64,000 bases of DNA from NCBI GenBank assembly GCA_030390025.1, contig CM059431.1, forward strand, positions 156,676,001-156,740,000, given 5' to 3'. The notes under the pieces were generated by a model, which did not search any database, had not been told where the DNA came from, and saw only the letters and a list, made by a program, of their open reading frames with translations. Origin of the DNA: Squalus acanthias (taxonomy: Eukaryota). The first letter of the stretch is position 1. The number at the start of each line of letters is the position of its first letter. Shown piece by piece: positions 25,430 through 35,984 of this stretch. Position numbers and translations under genes: made by a program.

Positions 25430-28400
25430 TTTATATTGGGCCTGCAGAATTTCAGAGTAGCTGCACTACTCAGGCAGTACACTAAACTATTGATTCTGTA
25501 GACGTTCAGAGTTCCTTGGCTATTGAGTATATAGAGGGGCAGGATTACCTGGCTATATGGCGTGTCGGAGTACCATGGGAGATTGAATCTGTATATGTTC
25601 AGAATTCGGCCTTTGGAGGGTCAGACCACTCTGGGCAATGTATCCAGTAAAGTGTCAGAGTACACTCGGCAATGCAGTGTCAGAGTACTCTGGGATATAC
25701 AGAAGTTAAGATTACGCTGGGATAACGGACGTTTCGAGCTTCAGATACCCTGTGAACAATGGGCATTCAGATTGCCTGAGGTCCCACAACTATTGAGTCA
25801 GTAGATAGTCAGAGCAGTTGAGCTCTTGGGCTTGTAAAGTTTCAAATAACCCTTAGATATAGAGCATGAAAAATGTTAGAGTAACCTGTGCTATGCAAAA
25901 GTTTAGAGTACCCTGGGCTATTGAGCCAGCAGAGGATCATACTAACCTGGGCTTCACAGAAAGTCATAATGCTCCTGTGCTATTGAAACTGTGGAGGGTT
26001 AGCTTACACTGAGCTATTGGGCCTTTTCAGGAGCAAAGTACCCTGGGCTATTTCGCCTACAGCGTGTCAGAGCAGCCTTGGAATTATAGAGTTGCCTAGG
26101 CTATTGGATGCTTAGAGGATCAAGGCAACATTTACTTTTGATCTTTTAGTGGATCAGCTATTGCTGAGTTATTGAGACTGTGGAGTTTCAAAATACCATG
26201 GGCTATTGGGGATTTAGAGGGTCAGAGTAATCTTGCAAATTGAGACTATAAAGGGTTACCTTACCCTGAGCTGTAAATAGTTTCAGAGTACATTTTCTAT
26301 TGGGCCTACAGAGTCCCAGAGCAACTTTGTCCATGCAGAATGTTAGATTAAACTGAGATAATGGCCCAGAAATTTGACTGGGAGGCTTGCCGCGGGGTTA
26401 AGGATCTTGCGCGATATTACACTCCGCACCAGCCATTGTTTTTCGGGCCCACACGAACTTCAGGTCCGGGGCCTCTTCCTGGTGCCGGCGCGCAGTGTGT
26501 GCGTGTCCCAGAGGCGCAGTTATTGCGATGCGACCTCTGGGATCACGTGGGCCCTGGAGAGCGAATGGCAGCCCACCATCTTTCATTCATCGATTTGACA
26601 TGAGACCTGTGAAATCTGTGAATACAACTTGCCCCCAAAAGAACAGCTAAACCTCAAATAAATTTAATAAAAAACCATCACATTAATAAAATAACTATAG
26701 TTAAATAAATTAACCAGTTTAAACAAAAATAACAATTTTTGAAAAAATGTAAATTCTTCTTAAAAGTTATAAAAATAAACTTACCTTTTTTTAAAGTCTC
26801 TAAAAAAGATAAAACTGTTGAAAAAAATTTAAAATAATACTAAATTAACTACTTACCTTGTTAAAAGGGGATCTTACGCCTCCTTTTTTCATGTGTAAAA
26901 TCTTCGATACTTACCCTCGCGTTCCAACCTGAAAAAAACCTAAGTGCGCTGCGTGCGCACAGACTGCAGTGCGCACGCGGTTCACTACGGAACCGTCCCC
27001 TTCGACATATCGGAAGTGTCGGTTTCCCGTGCATGCGCAGTGCATTCAGGAAACCAGCACTTCGGGACCGAATACGGGTGAGTACACAATGCGTACTCTC
27101 CCGTATTAGGCCGAATTTCTGGGCCAATATCACAGTTGAGTTTCAGAGTTGCTTGAGATTTGCAGTGAGTCAAAGTACTTTGGGTTACGAAGAACGTCAT
27201 GTACCATGGGCTACTGAATCTGTAGATGGCCAGAATACCTGGGCTATTAAGTCTGTAGAGAGTAAGTGTACCCAGGGCAATTGGGCTTGTAAACAAAAGA
27301 GTGCCCGGGTCTTTCGGGCTTCCAAATATATTTTGTGCCCTGATGTTGGGAGAAGGCCAGGATACCCTGGAGTATTGGACTTTCAGTTGGTCAGTGTAAG
27401 CTGCGATATTTGGCCTTTAGAGAATCATGTTTTCCTCAACCTTCAACCTATTTAAAGTCAGAATACCTACGCTGTTGTGCCTGTAAAGGATCAGAGTACA
27501 CTGCGTATACAGAGATTTTGTCGATCATGGCTATTGGGCCTTTAGATGGTCAGCGCGCCCTGGTCCATTGGGTATGCAGACGGTCAAAGCAACCTGGGCT
27601 ATTGGATCACTAAAGGGTCTGTGTACCCTCGGCGATGCAGAGGGCAAAGTACCTGGGGTACACAAACGATAAGATTACGCTGTGATATTTGGCGTACAGA
27701 GAATCAGATAATCTTTCAAATTGGTGCTTTCGAGGATCTGAGTTTCCTCAGCTATCAGCCTAGGTAAATTCCGAGTCCCTGAACTATTGGGCCTGTAATG
27801 GATCAGAGTACACTGACGTATAAAGAGGGTGAGACTAAAATGGATATTGGGCGTGTAAATGGTTAGAATATCTGCGCTACTGAGTCTTTAAAAGGGCAGA
27901 ACACCAGGGCTATTGGATCTTCAGAGGGTCTGCGTTTTGGGCTCTTGAATCCATAGAGGATCAGTGTACCCTCGGCAATGTAGCTCTCGGAGTAACCTGG
28001 GCTATTGAGCCTGTATAGGCTCAGAATGCATGGACAATTGAGTATGCAGAGGGACAGAGTATCCTGGGATATTGGGCTTGTAGAGGTTCAACTACTGTGG
28101 TCCACTGGGTGTGCAGCGGGTCCGAATACCCTGTGCATTACAGAATGTAAACATATGTTAGGATGTTGGGCATATAGAGGGTCAAAGGACCTGGGAAATT
28201 TGGCCTTTAGATTGTCGAAGTTCCCTCAGGTACTGAGTCTGTACAAAGTCTGTACTGTGGCTATTGGGCCCGGAAAGGATCTGTTTACCTGGCCTATAAC
28301 GAGGGTCAGGGTACCCTGATCTATTGGGCTTCAGAATGTCAAATTAAACTAGGCGATTGCCCTATAGAGTGAAAGTGCACCCTGGGCAATGAAGGGGGTA

Positions 28401-28550
28401 AGAGTAACCAGAGCTATTGGCACTGTAGAGGGTCATATTTCCCTGCGATTTGCAGAGGCCTTGAACGCCGTGGTAGAGGGTAAGACTACCCTGGGGTATT
28501 TGGCCTAAAGCGGGTCAGATTATTTTGTGCTTTGGGGCTTTTAGAGCGTC
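25430..28550 (+). repeat. Degenerate minisatellite array, about 34-bp unit plus about 26-bp variant
   Basis: Approximate consensus CCCTGGGCTATTGGGCCTGTAGAGGGTCAGAGTA repeated throughout; interrupted by MITE 26363-27125. Confidence 0.85.
26363..27125. mobile_element. Non-autonomous PIF/Harbinger-like DNA transposon (family B)
   Basis: TIR ggcccagaaatt / aatttctgggcc; TSD aat; GC-rich arms around an AT-rich core. Confidence 0.88.
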
Positions 28551-28554
28551 AACT

Positions 28555-28670
28555 TGGATGCCGCGTTCTCTAGATCAAAACAGTGACGACACCTTAAAGA
28601 CGTAATTAATTAACTGTAAAGCGCTTTTGGAGGTCCTGACTCGCTATATTAATGTAATTCTTTCTTTCCT
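28555..28670 (+). mobile_element. Deu-SINE/L2-type 3' tail fragment
   Basis: aacagtgac...ctgtaaagcgctttt matches 37426-37520. Confidence 0.5.
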
Positions 28671-29274
28671 GCATATTTTCAAAAGGAGGTGAATATCTTG
28701 GCAATAGTGATTAGAGTATACTACGGTTTCAAATAATAATTGAGAAGGACTAATGAATAAAAAAGACGAGGTTAGTATTTTGGATCAACGCTGATTTTGA
28801 GGTGTTGAGAATAGAACTTGGGACATAACATGGACAGCAATATTTGCAAACAATGATGTAGAACATAACTGGGATACATTAAAAAATGGGTCAACAGATT
28901 CCATGAAAAATATATTCTGCTAAAAATCTAGAACAAGCCAAGCAAGAATAAGACCCCATAGATGAATGCAGGTATTGGGGAAAAATTGAGGTGCAGAAAG
29001 CCGCATAAACGAAGTACATGGACAACAGCGGAGATTGTGCAAAGGGAGAATACGAAGAGATTAGGAGAGAAGATGAAAAAAAGAAATGCAAAAACGAACA
29101 ATTAAATTCAATTATCAAGGTTCATAGAACAAAATAGTAAAACAAACTTCCACAGACACACTAGTAAAAAACATGGACAATCGGGATGTGAAAAGGCCAG
29201 TAAGGGACTTACAGGATAAAATGACTGGCAGCGATAGCGAAATGGCAGATATAAGAAATAATTCGTTTGCTTCA

Positions 29275-30122
29275 AGTTATTATCTTAATGGCGAGAAACT
29301 GGAAAGTACTGCAGTTCAAAGTGATCTGGGGGTCTTGGCGCAAGAAAATCAAAAAGTTAGTATGCAGGTGCAGCAGGTGATCAAGAAAGCCGGGGGGATA
29401 GAATATAAAAACAGGGAGGTATTGCTGCAGTTGTATAGGGTATTGGTGAGACCGCACCTGGAGTACTGCATGCAGTTTTGGTGTCCATACTTAAGAAAAT
29501 ACATACTTTCTCTCGAGGCAGTACAAAGAAGGTTCACTCGGTTAATTCCGGGGTTGAGGGGGTGGACATACGAGGAGAGGTTGAGTAGATTGGGACTCTA
29601 CTCATTGGAGTTCAGAAGAATGAGAGGCGAACTTATTGAAACATATAAGATTTTGAAGGGGCTTGATCGGTTGGACGCGCTGAGGATGTTCCCAATGATG
29701 GGTGAAACTAGAACTAGGGGACATAATCTTAGAATGAGGGGCTCCTCTTTGAAAACTGAGATGAGGAGAAACTTTTTCACTCAGAGGGTAGTGGCTCTGT
29801 GGAATTTGCAACCCCAGGAAGCTGTGGAAGCTACTTCATTAAATAAATTTAAGACAGAAATAGACCGTTTCCTGGAAGTAAAGGGTATCAGGGGTTACGG
29901 GGAGCGGGCTGGAAATTGGACATGAGTTTGAGTTCGGATCGGTCAAGGCCCTGTGGATGGCGGAGCGGGCCCAGGGGCCGTGTGGCCGGGTCCTGCTCCT
30001 GCTTCTTGTGTTCTTTAGAGTTGAGGTTGGATCAGATCAGCCATGATCTCATTGAATGGCGGAGCAGGCTCGAGGGGCCGATTGGTCTACTCCTGCTCCT
30101 ATTTCTTATGTTCTTATGTTCT
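29275..30122 (+). mobile_element. Young 5'-truncated CR1 LINE with doubled 3' UTR
   Basis: YYLNGEKL...RPHLEYCMQFW...GERAGNWT; possible TSD cttca. Confidence 0.92.
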
Positions 30123-30453
30123 TCAGTATTTACTAGGGAAACGGGTCGGGTGTACATGATAGCAAAATTCTGCGGATGCTGGAAATCCGAAACGCTGGAA
30201 AAACTGAGCAGGCCAGGCAGCCCTCGGCCGTGTCCTTTCTATCTTCCGCACTTCTGCCCTCACCCCTGCCCCTCCCTCCCGGAACAACGATAGAGTTCCC
30301 CTCGTCCTCACCTTTCACCCCACCAGTCTCCAAATTCAACGGATCATTCTCCGCCATTTCCTCCACCTCAAGCGTGATCCCACCACCAAATGCATCTTCC
30401 TCTCACCTCCCCTTTCAGCATTCCGCAGGGACCGCTCCCTCCGCGACACCCTA

Positions 30454-30915
30454 GTGCACTCCTCTACCCCCCCCAGCACCCCTTCCCCTTCGCCCGGCAC
30501 CTTCCCGTGCAAGCGCAGGAGATGCAACACATGCCCTTATACCTCCCCACTTCCCACTATCCAGGGCCCCAAACAGCCCTTCCAGGTGAAACAGCGATTG
30601 ACTTGTACTCCATGCAAATTAGTTTACTGTATTCGCTGCTCACAATGTGGTCTCCTATACATTGGGGCGACCAAACGCAGATTGGGTGACTGCTTTGCGG
30701 AACGCCTCCGTTCAGTCCGTAAGGGGTACCCCGAGCTCCCGGTGGCCTGTCACTTTAATTCTCCGCTCCACTCCCAGTCTGACCTCACCGTCCTCGGCCT
30801 CTTGCATTGTTCCACGGAAGCTCAGCGTAAGCTCGAGGAACAGCACCTGATCTTTCGTTTAGGCACCCTACAGCCCTCTAGACTCAAAATCGAGTTCAAC
30901 AATTTCAGATCATAA
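30454..30915 (+). pseudogene. Penelope-like GIY-YIG endonuclease domain with Cys-rich linker (RT missing)
   Basis: PCKRRRCNTC...LVYCIRCSQCGLLYIGATKRRL...PVACHFNS...RKLEEQHLIFRLGTLQP. Confidence 0.9.
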
Positions 30916-31212
30916 CATTGGCCCCTGTCACATATATATATTGCATTTTATTTTTTCATCCACCCTTTCGTTTGGTCTTTTTTTCCCTCCCAGAAGCTGG
31001 CAGCTGTCCTTCATTCTCCCAGTCCAGTTCACACTTCATCTAACCTCAACCAGTCACATTAACATTTCCTCTTGCCTTGATTATCTCTTTATGTCTCTTA
31101 ATCTCTCCTGCTTTCTATCCCACCACTGACCTTTCCTTTTGTTCTTTCATCCCCTCTCCCTTTTTCCAGCATTATTCTTGCTTTAAATCTCTTTCATTTC
31201 CTGCTTTTTTCA

Positions 31213-31249
31213 AGTTCTGACGAAAGGTCTTCGAGCTGAAACGTTAACT
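31213..31249 (+). ncRNA. Minimal type I hammerhead ribozyme-like motif
   Basis: AGTT-CTGACGA-(aggtc ttc gagct)-GAAA-CG-TT-AACT: core boxes, stem I AGTT/AACT, palindromic stem III. Confidence 0.65.
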
Positions 31250-31365
31250 CTGTTTCTCTCTCCACGGATACATACATAGATACATAGAAGATAGGAGCAG
31301 GAGTAGGCCATCCGGCCCTTCGAGCCTGCTCCGCCATTTAATGAGATCATGGCTGATCCTCCAAT

Positions 31366-34233
31366 TCAGTATCCCGTCCCCGCCTTCTCTCCGTAACCCT
31401 TAACCCCTTTTGCCTGTAGAAATATATCTAATTCCCGCTTAAATATATTTAATGTGCTGGCGTACACTGCCCTCTGTGGCAATGAGTTCCACAGGTTCAC
31501 CACCCTCTGAGTGAAGAAATTCCCCCTCATTTCTGTCCTAAATGGTTTAGCCCTTATCCTTAAATTATGTCCTCTATTTCTGTTCTCACCCGCCAAGGGA
31601 AACATTCCTTCTGCATCTAGTCTGTCTAGACCTGTCAGAATTTTATACACTTCTATGAGGTCACCTCTCAATCTTCTAAACTCCAGTGTGTACATCCCTA
31701 AACTACATAGTCTCTCCTCATAGGTCAATCCCGCCATTCCTGGTATCAGCCTGGTGAATCGCCGCTGCACCCCCTGCATGGCAAGAACATCTTTCCTCAG
31801 ATGAGGCGACCAAAACTGTACACAGTACTCGAGGTGTGGTCTCACCAGTGCCCTGTACAGCTGCAGCAAGGTATCCCTGTTCCTGTATTCCAACCCTTTT
31901 GCTATGAAGGCCAGCATACCGTTTGCCTTCTTGACCGCCTGTTGCACCTGCATGCTCGCCTTCAGTGACTGGTGTACAAGAACACCCAGGTCTCTCTGTA
32001 CTTCCCCCTCTCCCAATTTATTGCCATTTAAATAATAATTTGCCCTCCCGTTCCTGCACCCAAGGTGGATAACTTCGCACTTGTCCACATTATAGTGCAT
32101 CTGCCATTTATCCGCCCAATCACCCAGTCTGTCCAAATCGCTCTGGAGCTTCCTGGTCTCCTCCTCTGAGCCCACTTCCCCTCCTAGTTTAGTGTCGCCT
32201 GCAAATTTGGAAATGCTGCATCCGACTCCCTGATCCAGGTCATTAATGTAAATTGTGAACAGCTGGGGACCCAGGACAGATCCCTGTGGTACCCCACTTG
32301 TTGCTGCCTGCCATTCAGAAAATGAGCCGTTTATTCCAACTCTCTGTTTTCTATCTGACAGCCAGTTATCTATCCACGTCAATACTTTCCCCTTTATCCC
32401 ATGAGCTTCAATTTTCCATGCTAATCTTTTATGTGGGACCTTGTCGAAGGCCTTTTGGAAGTCCAGGTACACCACATCTACTGGCTCTCCCCCATCTATT
32501 TTACCAGTTACTCCCTCAAAACATTCCAATAGATTCGTCAAGCACGATTTACCCTTTGTAAATCCATGTTGACTCTGTCCTATCCTGTCCCCATTTGCTA
32601 AGTGCTCCGCTATTTCATCCTTAATGATGGACTCCAGCATTTTGCCCACAACTGATGTAAGGCTTACAGGTCTGTAATTACCTGCTTTTTCCCTACCCCC
32701 CTTTTTGAATAGTGGGGTAACGTTAGCTACCCTCCAATCCATGGGCACCGTTCCCGAGTCTAATGAATTCTGAAAAATCATACTTAGTGCATCCGCTATC
32801 TCTAGGGCCACCTCCTTCAGTACCCTAGGATGCATGTTATCAGGCCCTGGGGATTTGTCCGCCTTCAATCCCTTTAGCTTCCTTAACACCATATCCTTAG
32901 AGATATTGATTTGCGTCAGTTCCTCCTTTGCCAATGTCCCTATTTTTCCCGATATCCCAGGGAGGTTTTTTGTGTCTTCCTTCGTAAAGACTGACCCAAA
33001 GTATGCATTTAGTTGGTCTGCCATTTCCTTATTTCCCGTTATATATTCCCCCGTATCTGACTGCAATGGACCAACTTTGGTTTTCACCAGTCTTTTCCTC
33101 TTGATATACTTATAAAAGCTTTTGGAGTTAGTTTTTATATTTTCCGCCAGCTTGCTTTCGTAAGCTATTTTGCCCCTCTTGATTAAGCCCTTTGTCCTCC
33201 TTTGCTCTATCTTAAACTGTTCCCAATCTTCCGCTCTGGCGCTTTTTTTGGCTAATTTATACGCCCTATCTTTGGATTCTATGCTGTCTCTAATTTCCCC
33301 TGTTATCCACGGTTGAGTCACCTTTTTAGATTTCCTTTTATGCCAGATTGGTATAAACAATTTTTGCAATTTTGTCATTCTATCTTTAAATGCTTGCCAT
33401 TGTTTATCTACCTCCAGTCCTCCCAGGAACGTTGTCCAATCAGACCTACTCAGTTCCCCTCTAATGGCATCATAATTCCCCTTGTTTAAATTCAGGACCT
33501 TAGTCTCTGAGTCAATTTCTTCGCTCTCCATTTCGAGTGAGAAATCGATCATGTTATGATCGCTCTGACCCAAGGGTCCCCGTACAACAAGATTACTAAT
33601 TAGTCCCTTCTCATTGCTCAGTACCCAGTCCAATATAGCCTGTTCCCGAGTTGGTTCCTCGACATATTGATCCAGATAACCATCCCTTAAAAACTCAAGG
33701 AATTCCTCCTCCTCATTATTTTTACTGATTAGGCTAGTCCAATCTATATGTAAGTTAAAGTCACCTATGATGACAGCTGTGCTCTTATTGCACGCTTTTC
33801 TAATTTCCCTCGTGATGCCCTCCCCAACCTCTATTATACTATTTGGAGGCCTATATACCACTCCTATTAATGTTTTTCGCCCCTCGCTATTTCTTAGCTC
33901 CACCCATATAGATTCTGTATTAACTGAGTTAATATCATTCCTTTCAATTGCATTTATCCCCTCTTTTACCAGCAATGCTACCCCTCCTCCCTTTCTTTTT
34001 TGTCGATCCTTCCTAAATACTGAATACCCCTGTATGTTAAGCTCCCAGCCCTGCTCACCCTGCAACCATGTTTCCGTAATCCCAATTAGATCATAATTAT
34101 TAACCTCTATTTCCACAGCTAATTCATCTACCTTGTTCCTGATGCTTCTCGCATTAAGGTATAAAATCCTCAGGCTTTTTTTATGCTCACATTTGTTATG
34201 AATTAGTTTGGCCCTTTGTCTTTTGTTCCTCAC
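31366..34233 (-). CDS. CR1 ORF2: APE endonuclease plus reverse transcriptase (955 aa; FADD reads FAGD)
   Basis: YLNARSI, GITETW, YRPP, GDFN, SDH endonuclease motifs; [27 protein letters not shown] motifs. Confidence 0.92.
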   Translation of the reverse strand: MRNKRQRAKLIHNKCEHKKSLRILYLNARSIRNKVDELAVEIEVNNYDLIGITETWLQGEQGWELNIQGYSVFRKDRQKRKGGGVALLVKEGINAIERNDINSVNTESIWVELRNSEGRKTLIGVVYRPPNSIIEVGEGITREIRKACNKSTAVIIGDFNLHIDWTSLISKNNEEEEFLEFLRDGYLDQYVEEPTREQAILDWVLSNEKGLISNLVVRGPLGQSDHNMIDFSLEMESEEIDSETKVLNLNKGNYDAIRGELSRSDWTTFLGGLEVDKQWQAFKDRMTKLQKLFIPIWHKRKSKKVTQPWITGEIRDSIESKDRAYKLAKKSARAEDWEQFKIEQRRTKGLIKRGKIAYESKLAENIKTNSKSFYKYIKRKRLVKTKVGPLQSDTGEYITGNKEMADQLNAYFGSVFTKEDTKNLPGISGKIGTLAKEELTQINISKDMVLRKLKGLKADKSPGPDNMHPRVLKEVALEIADALSMIFQNSLDSGTVPMDWRVANVTPLFKKGGREKAGNYRPVSLTSVVGKMLESIIKDEIAEHLANGDRIGQSQHGFTKGKSCLTNLLECFEGVTGKIDGGEPVDVVYLDFQKAFDKVPHKRLAWKIEAHGIKGKVLTWIDNWLSDRKQRVGINGSFSEWQAATSGVPQGSVLGPQLFTIYINDLDQGVGCSISKFAGDTKLGGEVGSEEETRKLQSDLDRLGDWADKWQMHYNVDKCEVIHLGCRNGRANYYLNGNKLGEGEVQRDLGVLVHQSLKASMQVQQAVKKANGMLAFIAKGLEYRNRDTLLQLYRALVRPHLEYCVQFWSPHLRKDVLAMQGVQRRFTRLIPGMAGLTYEERLCSLGMYTLEFRRLRGDLIEVYKILTGLDRLDAEGMFPLAGENRNRGHNLRIRAKPFRTEMRGNFFTQRVVNLWNSLPQRAVYASTLNIFKRELDIFLQAKGVKGYGEKAGTGY

Positions 34234-34376
34234 CCTTTTACCATTTATTTCTGTCTGCCTTTCACTTTCCTCTATTTCACTACATAGGTTTCTAGCCCCC
34301 TGCCATACTAGTTTAAATGCTCCCGAACTGCTTTATCAAAAATTACCCCGAGAACATCAGTTCCATCTTTGCACAG

Positions 34377-34816
34377 GGCAACACGGTGGCATAGTGGTTA
34401 GCACTGGTGCCTCACAGCGCCAGAGACCCGGGTTCGAATCTGACCTCGGGTGACTGTCTGTGTGGAGTTTGCACATTCTCCCCGTGTCTGCGTGGGTTTC
34501 CTCCGGGTGCTCCGGTTTCCTCCCACAGTCCAAAAATGTGTGGGTTAGGTTGATTTGGCTATGATAAATTGACCCTTAGTGTTAGGGGGGATTAAATATG
34601 TGGGGTTATGGGGATAGGATGGGATATGTTAGGGGGAATTAAATACGTGGGGTTACGGGGGTAGGGTGGGATATGTGTACTGTGGGGATTAAAGCAGGGA
34701 CAGGGTACTGGATTTGGATGATCAGCCATGATCGTATTGAATGGCGGAGCAGGCTCGACGTGCCGAATGGCCTACTCCTGCTCCTAGATTCTATGTTTCT
34801 ATGTCTATGTTTCTAT
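34377..34816 (+). mobile_element. V-SINE (HE1-like) fused to a CR1 3' tail
   Basis: tRNA head and V core as at 103-436; from about 34691 CR1 3' UTR gatcagccatgatc...tttctatg. Confidence 0.88.
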
Positions 34817-35984
34817 GTGTAGACCGTCCCTTTTGTATAGGTCACACCTACCACAAAACTGGTTCTAATGCCTCAAAAATTTAAAACCCTCCCTCTTACA
34901 CCACTGCTCAAGCCACGTATTTAGCCTAACTATCCTGTTCTCTGTACTCTTACTAGCACGTGGCTGCCTGGCCTGCTGTGTTTTTCCAGCGTTTTCTGTT
35001 GTTATTTCGGGTGTACATCATATTGGAAGATGAAATTAGAAATTATATAAACGCATTTAAAATAAATAAAGTGGAGCAATATTAAATAAAATATTCACAA
35101 TCAAAGAGGAACAGATTGCATCAGTGCATTTTAAAAGAATCTAGATAAGATAGCAGAGGCATTATTACACATATTTAACAATTATTCAAAACAACGTGTA
35201 GTGCTGGAGGACAGGTGATGGCTAATGTGGTGTATATGTTGAAGAACGGCTATAGTACATGTCCAGGGAATTATAGACCAATTAGCTTAATATCGGTGGT
35301 AGGAAAAATAAACGAAACCAAACTAAAGTTGAAAACAGAAAAACATCTAGGAACAAAAACTATAATAATGAATAGTAATCATGGATTTCGAACTGACTAT
35401 CTTGCTCGATCAACCTTAATGAAACCTTCGATAAGGTAACAGATGGTGGAGTCAAACAGAATACAGTCGACGGAACATATGTAATATTACAACAGGCCTT
35501 TGATAAGGTAACGCATAATAGAATAATGAAACTGGTCCAAGCATGCGGAGCAGGTAAACAATTAGCAGAATGAATAGCTAGCTAGCTGCAAGAAAGAAAG
35601 CAGAGCGCAGGGGTAAAGGATAGCTAATCACAGTGTCAGAAGGTGGGAAGTGGAGTCCCACAGGATCAGTGCAAGGACCACTGCTGTTCACAATTTAAAT
35701 TAACGATTTAGACTTCGGAATCAAAAGGACGATTTCTAAATCTGATGCGACGCAGGTTAAATCTCAACAAAAATATAAACCAAGCAATAGAGTTTACTTC
35801 TAGAGGGAAATAATTGAAAAATAAACAAGTTATGCTGAACTTGTAAGGAACCATCGTTCAACATCACGTGGAGTACGATGTACCGCTCTCGTCGCCATAT
35901 TATACAAATAGTGTAGAGGCACAGGAGAGGGTGCAAAGAAGATTTACAAGGAGGATAGCAGAACTGTGAGGTTATACCTATCAG

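Larger units (their letters stand above)
31269..34964 (-). mobile_element. Young CR1 LINE (ORF1 C-terminus, complete ORF2, catagata tail)
   Basis: ORF1 esterase-like end (LNTWLEQWCKREGF...DGLHL) split by a SINE; ORF2 open. Confidence 0.95.
30158..35006 (+). mobile_element. 5'-truncated Penelope-like retroelement, split by a CR1
   Basis: GIY-YIG ORF; 12-bp TSD tcgggtgtacat at 30146-30157 and 35007-35018; inverted terminal copy 30190-30221 vs 34963-34994. Confidence 0.9.

Noticed and set aside
27033..28319. Short ORFs in the minisatellite and MITE as coding genes
   Set aside because: The unit length is not a multiple of 3, stops are frequent and there is no recognisable protein motif.
25430..28550. 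CRISPR-like periodic array
   Set aside because: Units are contiguous degenerate monomers with no constant repeat and unique spacers, no cas genes, and the context is vertebrate.
29173..29925. 250-aa ORF as a novel gene
   Set aside because: Chance in-frame fusion of an old CR1 with a younger CR1 inserted at 29275.
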